Made by a program: the position numbers and the translations under genes. Shown here in pieces: positions 8,317-18,246 of a DNA stretch of 32,200 nt (positions within the stretch are counted from its first letter, which is position 1; each line of letters opens with the position of its first letter). The stretch lies in sequence record SRR9188677_212; one strand, 5' to 3'. The notes beneath the pieces were generated by a model that worked only from the letters and a program-made list of their open reading frames with translations, did no database searches and had not been told where the DNA came from.

Positions 8317-8355
8317 CCTATAAGGATTTAGACATTTAATCTTAATCCTTATAGG
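8317..8355. terminator. Stem-loop between susD and GH30 (attenuator or mRNA stabiliser)
   Basis: CCTATAAGGATT...AATCCTTATAGG 12-bp stem, 14 nt after the susD stop, followed by TTTT on the minus strand. Confidence 0.65.
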
Positions 8356-8369
8356 ATGTTCAATTTTAT

Positions 8370-9878
8370 TTAGTAGTTAGGATTTTGTTTGATTTTAGTA
8401 TTTTCTAATTCTTTGAAAGGAATCGGGAATACTTCGTTTTTACCAGCTTTGAAACCTCTGCTTGCTAAAACAGTAGCCGCTTTTCCAGTTCTTACCAAAT
8501 CAAACCAGCGATGTCCTTCACAAGCAAGTTCCAAACGACGCTCATTAGCAATAGCATTTAATGAAACTGGAATAGAAGGCAAACCTACTCTTGAGCGAAC
8601 TGCATCTAGTAAAGCTTGCGCTCTTGCACCTGTTCCGCCCAATGCTTCTGCTTCCATCAAATAAGTATCTGCCAATCTGATAAGGTAAGAGTTTTGTCTA
8701 AAATTCAATTCGATATTTCCTAAACCAGTAGAAACATCAGCTTGCTTCGGCATGAATTTATTGATAAAATAACCTGTGTCTTGATAAGCAGAAATATAAT
8801 TAACTTGTTTCGCTGCTTTCAAAGTTTTAGCATCTAAAATAGTTGCTGAAAATCTTGGGTCATCTTTTAAAGCATCATATAAATCTTGTGTGATAGGATT
8901 AAACGCCCAACCTCCAGAGTAATATGCTGGTGCGGTAGAACCCGCTGGTCTAGTTAATGTTCTTGGTCCAACCATTTGTACAACAGTATTTCCTTCATCA
9001 GTACCAGAACCCCAGTTTCCCCAACCTGCATTACTTGCACTTGTATGCGCCACTTCTAAAATACCTTCACTATTAAACTTGTTGGCAAAAACCCATAAAT
9101 CAGCAAAATTACTTAGTAATTTATATCCATAAGGGTTTGCTCCTCCCGGCGTTCCGTTAACGATGGCAAGTTGAGCAGCCGCTTCCGACAATTTTTTATC
9201 ATACAAATACACTTTGCCAAGTAATGCTTGTGCAGCACCTTTGGTTAGTCGTCCTGCGTCAGCCGCAGGAACTGTATTGGGTAAAACTGGAATTGCTTCA
9301 TTTAAATCTTTTTCAATTTGTGCATAAATTGCCGAAGGATCAGCCTGAACAACATTGTAGATTTCTGATGAAGGAAGCGGACTTGTAATAAGTGGAATGT
9401 TCTTGAACAACCTTACTAAATTGAAATAATATAAAGCTCTTAATGCCTGTGCTTCTCCCACATAACGTGCTTTCAAAGAAGCATCCATTGAAATGGCGGG
9501 CAATTTTGACAATAAGAAATTGGCTCTAAAAACACCTTGGTAATGATCGCCCCAATAACTTGCTGGCACTGTCGTCGGACTAAGTGTATAATTTGAAAAA
9601 GTCTGTAAACCAACGCCATCAGTCGCACCGCCACCGCCAGCTACATGGTCGTCTGAACCAGCATTAAGCATGGTGACCATGTTTTCAAAACCACCAGAAT
9701 TTTTTCTCATTACATCATATACAGCCACCAAACCTGCGAAAGCTTCAGATTGGTTGGTATAATAACTTGCCTCTAAACTACTTCCTTTCGGGAGTACTTC
9801 TAAGTAGCTTGAACTACAAGAAGTAAGAATAGATGTTGCTAATGCGATTACAGAATATTTGAATGTATTACGTTTCAT
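8370..9878 (-). CDS. susD: SusD/RagB-family outer-membrane glycan-binding lipoprotein
   Basis: Lipobox LTSC, EAQALRALYYFNLVRLF, GRLTKGAAQALLGKVYLY, IRLADTYLMEAEA, ERRLELACEGHRWFDLVR, QNPNY terminus; directly downstream of susC. Confidence 0.96.
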   Translation of the reverse strand: MKRNTFKYSVIALATSILTSCSSSYLEVLPKGSSLEASYYTNQSEAFAGLVAVYDVMRKNSGGFENMVTMLNAGSDDHVAGGGGATDGVGLQTFSNYTLSPTTVPASYWGDHYQGVFRANFLLSKLPAISMDASLKARYVGEAQALRALYYFNLVRLFKNIPLITSPLPSSEIYNVVQADPSAIYAQIEKDLNEAIPVLPNTVPAADAGRLTKGAAQALLGKVYLYDKKLSEAAAQLAIVNGTPGGANPYGYKLLSNFADLWVFANKFNSEGILEVAHTSASNAGWGNWGSGTDEGNTVVQMVGPRTLTRPAGSTAPAYYSGGWAFNPITQDLYDALKDDPRFSATILDAKTLKAAKQVNYISAYQDTGYFINKFMPKQADVSTGLGNIELNFRQNSYLIRLADTYLMEAEALGGTGARAQALLDAVRSRVGLPSIPVSLNAIANERRLELACEGHRWFDLVRTGKAATVLASRGFKAGKNEVFPIPFKELENTKIKQNPNY

Positions 9879-9895
9879 CTTTTATAATTTTTTCC

Positions 9896-12800
9896 TTAAA
9901 ATTTTAAATTAACACCAAACTGAATTGAACGAGCTTGAGGATAATAACCTCTGTCGATTCCAAAAACATTACCTCCAATTTCTGGGTCATAACCAGTGTA
10001 TTTTGTAATCGTCAGGAGGTTTTCTGCTGTTAAGAACAATCTTAATTTACTTGCTCCAATTTTGCTAACTATATTATTGGGAAGCGTATAACCTAATTGA
10101 ATGATTTTAAATCTTACAAAATCGCCATCTTCTAAGTAGAAATCAGATGCTTTTCCAAAATTTCCGTTTGTATCATTATTGGTTAATCTTGGATAGTCGT
10201 TTGAAGTACCTTCTCCCGTCCAGCGATTCAATACTTTTGTTTGATAGTTTGCATTCAAAATATCTAGGCGACGAAGTCCTTGGAAAATTTTGTTCCCGCC
10301 AGAAGCTTGAGCGAAAATCATACAATCGAAGTTTTTATAATCCATATTGATATTCAAACCGATTGTATATTTTGGTAAGCCATTGCCAAGAAATGTCTTG
10401 TCATTATCATTAATGGTTCCGTTTCCATCAGTATCAACCCATTTGAAATCACCCGGTTTTGCATTAGGTTGAATAACATTTCCTTCTGCTGTTTTGTAGG
10501 CGGCCACTTCAGCAGCATTTTGGAAAATGCCAGCAGTTTGAAATCCAAAGAAAGCATTATAAGGTTGCCCCACTTGTGTTCTGGTAATTGAACCCATTGA
10601 TTGAAAACCAGCAGCACCAGAAGTAATAAACGAGATACCATTTCCTAAAAATGTTACTTCGTTTTTCAAGAAAGAGACGTTTCCATTTGTTGAGAAATTG
10701 AAGTCACCAAAACGTTTTCTATAACCCAATTCAATTTCAACACCTCTGTTTTCCATATCAGCAACATTGCCTACTGGACTACTCGTTGCGCCAACATATC
10801 CCGGTAAAGTAATCGTCTGTAAAATTCCAGAAGTTTTTTTGCGATAAACTTCCAAAGTCAAGGTCAAGTTATTGAATAAAGTAGCATCAATACCGATGTT
10901 GGTTTGGGCTGTTTCTTCCCATTTCAAATCAGGATTTGAGGGCGCACTTGGACTAAATCCTGTTGAAATATCCACGCCACCAGTTCCATAAGTATAATTT
11001 CTTCCACCCACAATCGTCGATAAATATCCAAAATTCAGGATGGCATCATTACCCGTTACACCGTATCCACTTCTGATTTTCAATGATTTAACGATGTTAT
11101 TTTCTTTCCAGAAGTTTTCATTTGAAACGATCCAACCCGCTGAAAATGAAGGGAAAATACCGAATTTATTATTGCCTCCAAATCTTGATGAACCATCTCT
11201 ACGGATAATCCCTGTGAACAAATATTTTTCATTAAAATCGTATGTCAAACGGCTGAATAATGAAGTTACACGATGTTCAGTTCCAGTATAAGCACTACCC
11301 GTTCTTTGTGCCGCAGGAAGTGAAAAGTTGAAAGAAGCGTCTTCATAGGTATTAACAGGCAAATCTGAATAAGTAATATTCGTTCCGCTAGTGATATTGT
11401 CGATATAAAGTCCTTGCCCTAATAAAATACCTACATTATGCTTATTGAATTTTTTATTATACAAAACGGTATTTTCGATATTCCAACCCAAACCTGTGTT
11501 TGAACCTCTGCTAAAAGTATTTTTAGCCGCTCCAGAAGTAGCACTTAAATAATATTTAGGCGTAAAGAAGTCTCCTCCCCAATATGAAAGCTTTGCCCCA
11601 ATTGTACTTTTAAATTTTAAGTTTGAAATCGGTGATACTTCTAGGAAAGCATTCCCAACAAAATCATCTGCCCAATCAAAGTTGCCTAATCTTATTTTTT
11701 GATAAGCAATTGGGTTCGTCATTTCTTGCCCAACGATAGAAGATATTCCATAAGGTCTTCCTTCGCTATCTCTCAGAACAGGATTACTTGTATAGATTGT
11801 CGAAGCCGCCGAAGTTGGGTCAGTTACTACCAATGGAGTAGTTGGGTCTAAGTTAATCGCCGAACTTAAAGGTCCACCAAATTCACTATTGGTATTTCCT
11901 AAACCAACTGTTTTTTGATGAGAATACGCCAAGGTTTGTCCGATTGTAATGTATTTTGAAAGTTTATGCGTCGAATTCAAACGAAGGTTATCTCTGCGAT
12001 AAGAAGAAATGTCTTTTAAAACAATCCCTTCTTGGCTTTGTGTTCCTGCCGAAAGAAAGAAACTCGAAACATCATTTCCCCCACTAATACTTAATTCATG
12101 GTTTGTTCTTTTCGCATTGTTATTGAAAATAGCTGCTTGCCAATCTGTACCAGCACCTAATGAAGATGGATTTGGAAAAAGCACCGCACCACCAGCCGCT
12201 TGAGATTTTTCATTCATGATAAGTCCATACTCCGAAGCATTCAATAAATCTAACTGTTTGGCTGGTGCTGACGAACCTACAAAACCTGTGTAATTCACAT
12301 TTAGTTTACCTGACTTTCCTTTTTTAGTCGATACTAAAATTACGCCAGAGGCTGCTCTAGCCCCATAAATTGCCAAAGAGGCTGCATCTTTCAACACTTC
12401 AATTGATTCAATGTCCGACTGGTTGATAAAACCAATTCCACCATTATCAATAATTACTCCGTCAATAACCCAAAGCGGATTATTCCCTCCGTAAGTATCA
12501 AAAGTAGTAAGACCACGCACACGAACGGTTGAAGCTGAACCCGGTTGACCAGCATTAGCAGCAATCGTTACTCCCGAAACACGTCCTTGAAGAGCAGTTT
12601 CTATGCGACCACTCGGAATATTCTCAAGGTCTTTTGCCTTTATGCTAGAAATTGCACCCGTTACAACACTTTTCTTTTGTGTACCGTAACCAATCACCAC
12701 TACTTCATCTAGTCCTTTGATGTCTTCTTCCAAAGTAACATTTATTAAAGTAGTTTTTCCTACTGCTTTTTCAATGGATTTGTAACCAATAAAAGTGAAA

Positions 12801-13015
12801 ACCAACACATCATTTGGTGTTGCACTTATCTGGTACTCTCCTGCTGAATTGGTTGTTGCCCCTCTTGTAGTGTTTTTAACCGTAATCGAGACACCAGAAA
12901 TAGGCACATTCAAATTCGCATCAATCACTTTTCCTCGTACTTCAACCGACTGCCCAAAAACAGAAAGTGTACTCATACTCAGTAATAACAAACACAAGTA
13001 GTTTTTAAATTTCAT
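9896..13015 (-). CDS. susC: SusC/RagA-family TonB-dependent transporter
   Basis: CarboxypepD_reg-like N-domain, LDEVVVIGYG, plug DIESIEVLKDAASLAIYGARAASGVILVSTKKG, RRDGSSRFG, NPDLKWEET, terminal F. Confidence 0.97.
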   Translation of the reverse strand: MKFKNYLCLLLLSMSTLSVFGQSVEVRGKVIDANLNVPISGVSITVKNTTRGATTNSAGEYQISATPNDVLVFTFIGYKSIEKAVGKTTLINVTLEEDIKGLDEVVVIGYGTQKKSVVTGAISSIKAKDLENIPSGRIETALQGRVSGVTIAANAGQPGSASTVRVRGLTTFDTYGGNNPLWVIDGVIIDNGGIGFINQSDIESIEVLKDAASLAIYGARAASGVILVSTKKGKSGKLNVNYTGFVGSSAPAKQLDLLNASEYGLIMNEKSQAAGGAVLFPNPSSLGAGTDWQAAIFNNNAKRTNHELSISGGNDVSSFFLSAGTQSQEGIVLKDISSYRRDNLRLNSTHKLSKYITIGQTLAYSHQKTVGLGNTNSEFGGPLSSAINLDPTTPLVVTDPTSAASTIYTSNPVLRDSEGRPYGISSIVGQEMTNPIAYQKIRLGNFDWADDFVGNAFLEVSPISNLKFKSTIGAKLSYWGGDFFTPKYYLSATSGAAKNTFSRGSNTGLGWNIENTVLYNKKFNKHNVGILLGQGLYIDNITSGTNITYSDLPVNTYEDASFNFSLPAAQRTGSAYTGTEHRVTSLFSRLTYDFNEKYLFTGIIRRDGSSRFGGNNKFGIFPSFSAGWIVSNENFWKENNIVKSLKIRSGYGVTGNDAILNFGYLSTIVGGRNYTYGTGGVDISTGFSPSAPSNPDLKWEETAQTNIGIDATLFNNLTLTLEVYRKKTSGILQTITLPGYVGATSSPVGNVADMENRGVEIELGYRKRFGDFNFSTNGNVSFLKNEVTFLGNGISFITSGAAGFQSMGSITRTQVGQPYNAFFGFQTAGIFQNAAEVAAYKTAEGNVIQPNAKPGDFKWVDTDGNGTINDNDKTFLGNGLPKYTIGLNINMDYKNFDCMIFAQASGGNKIFQGLRRLDILNANYQTKVLNRWTGEGTSNDYPRLTNNDTNGNFGKASDFYLEDGDFVRFKIIQLGYTLPNNIVSKIGASKLRLFLTAENLLTITKYTGYDPEIGGNVFGIDRGYYPQARSIQFGVNLKF

Positions 13016-13159
13016 AAAATTTTAAGATTAAAAATTTGGAATAAATAATGAGTTTAGCAATCAACTCAATAGAAAGAATCAATAAAACTTAATTCTTGAG
13101 TTGCTCAAAAACCGAGGGCAATATTAAAGGCGAGTGCATGCTTTACAGAAAAAAACGCA

Positions 13160-13210
13160 TACACTTCAATTACGTTTGACGCTAAAAATCAATACGTTAC
13201 TATTACACTT
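13160..13210. promoter_or_regulatory. Helically phased direct repeats (TACACTT/TACGTT), candidate activator site for susC
   Basis: Units start at 13160, 13171, 13193 and 13204 (spacings 11, 22, 11), upstream of a near-consensus minus-strand -7 element TAATATTG (13119-13126). Confidence 0.5.
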
Positions 13211-13280
13211 ATATATGTATCTATTTAATTATCAATATTTTAGCAGAACTGTTTAATATAAATATTTACATATATAATTG

Positions 13281-13288
13281 TATATTTG
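13281..13288 (+). promoter_or_regulatory. Bacteroidota -7 element (TATATTTG) for the regulator gene
   Basis: Exact TAnnTTTG about 40 nt upstream of ATG 13330. Confidence 0.55.
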
Positions 13289-13329
13289 TAGATATTAAGA
13301 TGATGAATTCAATTAACAAGTAGCAAACT

Positions 13330-16251
13330 ATGAAAAAATTATCCTCAATTTTTAGAGGTATAACAATACTATATTTTCAAATTATTTGTAATGCTGATGT
13401 ATTATCTCAATCAAAACAGGCATTCAATCAAGATAATTTTGCAAATGCTAAACCTGCTATTTTAAGTTTTGCCAAGAGTGACTTTAAAAGTGATTCTCAT
13501 TTTAGTATCGGATGTGAGGCGAATGATGGTACCATGTTTTTCGGTAATTATGAAGGCGCTATTAGTTATGATGGCAACAATTGGAGAAAAATATTTTTAC
13601 CTAATAATTCTTCTATTTATAGTTTAGTAAAAACCCAAAATGGAGAAATCTATGCAGGAGGTTACAATGATTTTGGCGTATTGAAAAAAGATATTTATGG
13701 AAAATATGTCTTTCATTCGATGGTTAACCAATTGAAATTATCGAATCGAAATTTTGAGAATATATGGAGAGCAAACAGTATCGGAGAACACATCATTTTG
13801 ATGTCTTATAACGAACTTATCGTTATTTTTAAAAATGTAGCAACGATTATTAGTGCGCCTAAAACCTTTGTTTACGGTAATCGGATTGGAGAAAATTACT
13901 TTATTCAAGATTTTGAAAAAGGGTTTCTGTCTTTAAATCTATCTAGCAAAAAATTAGAACCTGTTTTTCCTGCAAGCTATTTCAAAGATGAGGTTACTAC
14001 TGCTATTTTGCCAACCAAAGTATTGCATGAAATATTGATTATGACCCGTAGCGGGAAGATTTTCTTAGGAAATGTTCAAACTAAAAAAATAACAATTATT
14101 AAAGAAGTATTCTCTGCCAATGATAATGACCAGCTAAATTGTGGCATCCAGAAAAGTGGCGATTTATATTTATTAGGAACGCTCAGTTCTAAGCTGTTGT
14201 GGTATAATTACGAAAACAATACACTTTCATACAATACTGAATTTCAAGATGTTATCAAAAACAATCCGATTATCAATCTTTTTGTAACATCCAAAGGAGA
14301 TATTTGGGTTTTAAAAAATAATGGATTGAATTTTTTAACCTACAATTCATCTTATCAGAATATCTTTGATAAAGCTTCTATTTATGACATTCTGGTTAAA
14401 AACAAAAAAGTGTATTTGGCAACTAACCAAGGGATATTCTACGCTACTCTTCCAAACAATAATTTAAGTAATCATTATGATTTTAAGGCTATTCCTACAT
14501 TAAAAGGACAGACATGGACAATCCAAAGTTTTGGCGACGATATTATCGCTTCACATAATATTGGTATTCTAAAAATTACGGATAATGGTTATAAAAAGAT
14601 TTCAAACCCATCAGGGTTTTGGAAACTTACCCCGATTCCGAATAAAGCTGGTTGGTATTTGGGTTCAAATTATAATGGTTTGTATCTGGTAAAAAACAAA
14701 AATAATGACTGGTTTATCGAAAATAAAATTGAAGGTTTTAACGAATCTACTCGTGATATTTCTCCCGATAAAAACCCCAATACTTATTGGGTTTGTCATG
14801 GTTACAAAGGCGTTTTTCGCATCAGAATCGACAATGATTATCAACGAGTAGAATCCGTTGAGAACTATACAAATACCAATGGTTTTACTTCTCCTTTTAA
14901 CATCAATGTTCATAATTATCAAGGAAGACCCATTTTCACAACGAATACAGGCATCTACCAATTTGACGAAAATACTAATTCTTTTATCCCGCACAGCACG
15001 CTGAACAAAGTCCTAAATCCACAAAAAAACACTAGAAAAATCTTTGAAACAAAAGATAAAACTTGGGCAATTGAAGACGATGAATTAGGATATTTTACTG
15101 AAAAAGGTTTAGTCTTCGAGAAAAACCTTTTCCTTAACCTGAAAGGAACATTCAATAAAGGAATGGAAAGTATATTGCCTCTTGACGCTGAAAAAGTATT
15201 GGTAGGAACGCATAACGGCCTTTTTTTATATGATACCAAAGTCCCTAAGCTCAAAACCCAGCCCCTTACTCAGATTAGTAGAATGTGTTATTTAATTAGC
15301 CAGACAGAAAATGAATTACCAATCAATAATCCTAAAAATGAATTACTCATTCCGAATGGTGCAGAAGTAGTGAGGATTGAATTTGCAGTGCCACAATTAA
15401 TCTCGAATATTGGCGTACAGTACAGTTACAAGCTTACCAATACTGATAAAGAATGGTCAAATTGGACGACAAATCCATTCAAAGAATATACAACGCTAAG
15501 TCCGGGGAATTATGTTTTTTTAGTAAAATCAAGGAACCTTTTGGGCGTAGAAGCAAAGGAAGCGAAAATGGTTTTCACGATAAAACCCAAATGGTATCAA
15601 ACTACTTTAGCGTACTTCATTTACATTATTTTAACGGTTATTGTTTTAAGATATATCTACTTATCTATTAAAAAAAGACTAGAAAACGAACATCTTAAAA
15701 CCAGAAATGAAATAGAAAAATCTAAAAAACTGATTGAATTAGAATTAGAACAATTGAAGCTTAAAGAAGATAAAGCGCAGGTTGATAAATATACTGAAGA
15801 GTTGGACAGAGACATTATTGTAAAAAGTAAAGAACTAGCGAATTATACATTGATGCTGAGTCAGAAATCTGAAATTTTTCAAGAAATAAAAACCGATTTA
15901 CAAGAACTAAAAACGCTGCTAAAAAGCGATGAGTCGAAAAAGAAGTTATTTGAGATTTATAAAAAATTAAACTCACAGAAAATCGGCAATGATTTTATAG
16001 AAATTTTTGACGTTAATTTTGAAAAAGTAAACCATGATTTCTTCAAAAAACTCAAAAGTATCAATCCAGAATTATCTCAAAGAGAATTACGACTTTGTGC
16101 TTTCGTAAAAATGGATTTTAGCAATAAACAAATCTCCCCACTTTTAAATATTTCAGCAAGAGGCGTAGAAACTGCAAGACTAAAAATTCGTAAAAAACTA
16201 CAAGTACCACATGAAGAAAGTCTAAGTGTTTTTCTTGAAAAAATTGTTTGA
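13330..16251 (+). CDS. Membrane-spanning one-component PUL regulator: periplasmic beta-propellers, Y_Y_Y domain, TM helix, coiled coil, LuxR/GerE-type HTH
   Basis: Propeller repeats (MFFGNYEG, IYAGGYNDFG, VYLATNQGIF, YWVCHGYKG), YSYKL..WSNW..YTTLSPGNYVFLVKSRN, PKWYQT plus TM, and PELSQRELRLCAFVKMDFSNKQISPLLNISARGVETARLKIRKKL. No kinase or receiver domain. Confidence 0.9.
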   Translation: MKKLSSIFRGITILYFQIICNADVLSQSKQAFNQDNFANAKPAILSFAKSDFKSDSHFSIGCEANDGTMFFGNYEGAISYDGNNWRKIFLPNNSSIYSLVKTQNGEIYAGGYNDFGVLKKDIYGKYVFHSMVNQLKLSNRNFENIWRANSIGEHIILMSYNELIVIFKNVATIISAPKTFVYGNRIGENYFIQDFEKGFLSLNLSSKKLEPVFPASYFKDEVTTAILPTKVLHEILIMTRSGKIFLGNVQTKKITIIKEVFSANDNDQLNCGIQKSGDLYLLGTLSSKLLWYNYENNTLSYNTEFQDVIKNNPIINLFVTSKGDIWVLKNNGLNFLTYNSSYQNIFDKASIYDILVKNKKVYLATNQGIFYATLPNNNLSNHYDFKAIPTLKGQTWTIQSFGDDIIASHNIGILKITDNGYKKISNPSGFWKLTPIPNKAGWYLGSNYNGLYLVKNKNNDWFIENKIEGFNESTRDISPDKNPNTYWVCHGYKGVFRIRIDNDYQRVESVENYTNTNGFTSPFNINVHNYQGRPIFTTNTGIYQFDENTNSFIPHSTLNKVLNPQKNTRKIFETKDKTWAIEDDELGYFTEKGLVFEKNLFLNLKGTFNKGMESILPLDAEKVLVGTHNGLFLYDTKVPKLKTQPLTQISRMCYLISQTENELPINNPKNELLIPNGAEVVRIEFAVPQLISNIGVQYSYKLTNTDKEWSNWTTNPFKEYTTLSPGNYVFLVKSRNLLGVEAKEAKMVFTIKPKWYQTTLAYFIYIILTVIVLRYIYLSIKKRLENEHLKTRNEIEKSKKLIELELEQLKLKEDKAQVDKYTEELDRDIIVKSKELANYTLMLSQKSEIFQEIKTDLQELKTLLKSDESKKKLFEIYKKLNSQKIGNDFIEIFDVNFEKVNHDFFKKLKSINPELSQRELRLCAFVKMDFSNKQISPLLNISARGVETARLKIRKKLQVPHEESLSVFLEKIV

Positions 16252-16268
16252 AATGAGTCTGGAAACAA

Positions 16269-16304
16269 ATTCACCTTCTCATAATTTCTTTCGAGAAGGT
16301 GAAT
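16269..16304. terminator. Stem-loop between the convergent regulator and susD
   Basis: ATTCACCTTCTC-N12-GAGAAGGTGAAT perfect 12-bp stem; weak U-tract on the minus strand only. Confidence 0.65.
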
Positions 16305-16415
16305 GATTGAATTAATATTAAATAGGTTTAGGTTTGACTTATCTCACAATTTAAAATATTCAAAGCAAACATTTATCGTAAAACATATCTTTGAAACCCA
16401 GCATTAACACTTTCA

Positions 16416-18233
16416 TTAATAACCAGGATTCTGATAATATGTTCCTCCTTCCTGAAGAGCATTTAAGAAACTAGAAGGAATAGGTTTTACTTCATTTATG
16501 CCATTTCTAAAAAACTGTCCTACATCTGGATTTGTATCCGATAAATAGGTTTTACTTAATTTTTTAGTACGTTTTAAGTCATAGTATCGTACATATTCTC
16601 CGCATAATTCACGGGCTCTTTCATCCAAAACAGTTTGAACTGTTACTGAACTAGTGAGTGGACTTGCACCAGCTCTTATGCGTACTTTATTGATATAAGT
16701 AATAGCATTAGTTCCACCGTTGGCATAAATGGCAGCTTCGGCAGCAATTAAATATACTTCAGACATACGCATCATGAATGTTGCATTCAAGTTTCCGTAT
16801 CTATTACTTGTTGCATTGTTCACGTAATAATTGCTACTGTTATGCTTTATTAAAGATGGATAAAAACCTAAAAATGGATTTGTTACGGTTGCAGGTTCTC
16901 TATTAATCCTATTATAAGTCATTTTCACCGTTTTATTCGTAACGTCATAAACATCGTTATAATCTACTACAAGATGTTTTTGATTTAGCTTAGTAGCTAC
17001 TTTTGTTGCATAATCAGTATCATTAGGATGAATAAAGTCGATACTTGTATTTCCTGCAACAACATTATCTGTGTTTTTAACTGTTGAACTACGGTCAAAG
17101 GTTCTTAAATTGGCATCAGACCAAGCAAAAGAAGGTCTATTAACCGTCCAAGTAGTCTGAAACGATTTATGATAACGTGGATCTAAAGTACCATTACTTT
17201 GTACAAAAAGGTCTAATAAATATTGACTAGGCATAAATGAGCCTGACGACCTTCTACCCCAAGTAGTATAATCTTCCAAAGTAAACTTCATTGCTGGAAA
17301 ATCAGTAACAGCACAGTAAAATAGTTCGTTGTTCATGTTCATTACCCAACCATTATTACTTACTCCACCCACCACAAAACGATGTGCCCACAAAGCTTCT
17401 TTATTCTGTAAATTATTCGTTTCAAGAAACACTTCATCAAAAGTAGGATACATATAAGTATTGTATTGTCCGCCTCCTGACTCACAATCATCAATCAACG
17501 TTTTTGCAACTTCTAAGGCTTTAGGTGCAAACGCCTTTGAATCATCATATTCAACTGTTTGCAAATATGCTCTGGCTAAAAAACCCATTGCCGATTTCTT
17601 CGAAGGAATAGTAATGACGCTTGTCGTTGGTAACCATTTTGACGCAAATTCAAGATCTGGAATAATGATTGTTTTGTATATTTCAAGCGGAGTTATTCTT
17701 TCTGGACGAGTATTCACCGTTGCAATTGGTTGGGTTGGAGCGGTTACTCCTCCAAAATGTTCAACTAGGTTGTAATAATACATCGCTCTCATAAAGTAGG
17801 CTTGTGCTACTGTAGCATTCTTTTCTTCAGCCGTTTTGAAAGGTGCCATTTCAGCATATTTTATGGCAAGATTACAATAACCAATACCATCGTAACAAAC
17901 ATTCCATACTGTATTTAAAGTATTGGTTGGAATGTTTGATGTTCCACCCCATTTGAAGAAATTAATATTAGAAGTAGGGCTATTTTTGGCATTTGTCCAG
18001 ATGTCTGTTCCTGCTTCGCTAAACATCATCCATTGATTAAAACCATACAATTGACGCTCCATTCCGAAATAACAATTATTCAGTAATTTTTTATATCCGT
18101 CAACTGAAGAAGAAGCTAGGGCATCTAAGGTAAAACCAGATAGGTTTTCCTCTTCTAAAGTACAAGAGCTTAATCCTCCTGTTCCTATAAGTACAGGTAT
18201 TAATAATATTTTTATAAACTTTTGAAGTTTCAT
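16416..18233 (-). CDS. susD: SusD/RagB-family lipoprotein (probably pectin-binding)
   Basis: Lipobox LSSC, AQAYFMRAMYYYNLVEHFG, MRMSEVYLIAAEA, VLDERARELCGEYVRYYDLKR, QNPGY terminus. Substrate inferred from the neighbouring enzymes. Confidence 0.95.
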   Translation of the reverse strand: MKLQKFIKILLIPVLIGTGGLSSCTLEEENLSGFTLDALASSSVDGYKKLLNNCYFGMERQLYGFNQWMMFSEAGTDIWTNAKNSPTSNINFFKWGGTSNIPTNTLNTVWNVCYDGIGYCNLAIKYAEMAPFKTAEEKNATVAQAYFMRAMYYYNLVEHFGGVTAPTQPIATVNTRPERITPLEIYKTIIIPDLEFASKWLPTTSVITIPSKKSAMGFLARAYLQTVEYDDSKAFAPKALEVAKTLIDDCESGGGQYNTYMYPTFDEVFLETNNLQNKEALWAHRFVVGGVSNNGWVMNMNNELFYCAVTDFPAMKFTLEDYTTWGRRSSGSFMPSQYLLDLFVQSNGTLDPRYHKSFQTTWTVNRPSFAWSDANLRTFDRSSTVKNTDNVVAGNTSIDFIHPNDTDYATKVATKLNQKHLVVDYNDVYDVTNKTVKMTYNRINREPATVTNPFLGFYPSLIKHNSSNYYVNNATSNRYGNLNATFMMRMSEVYLIAAEAAIYANGGTNAITYINKVRIRAGASPLTSSVTVQTVLDERARELCGEYVRYYDLKRTKKLSKTYLSDTNPDVGQFFRNGINEVKPIPSSFLNALQEGGTYYQNPGY

Positions 18234-18246
18234 GACTTTACGCTAA

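Noticed and set aside
13062-13103. CAACTCAA/TTGAGTTG stem in the susC leader as a riboswitch
   Set aside because: Only an 8-bp stem with a long AT-rich loop and no recognisable aptamer consensus
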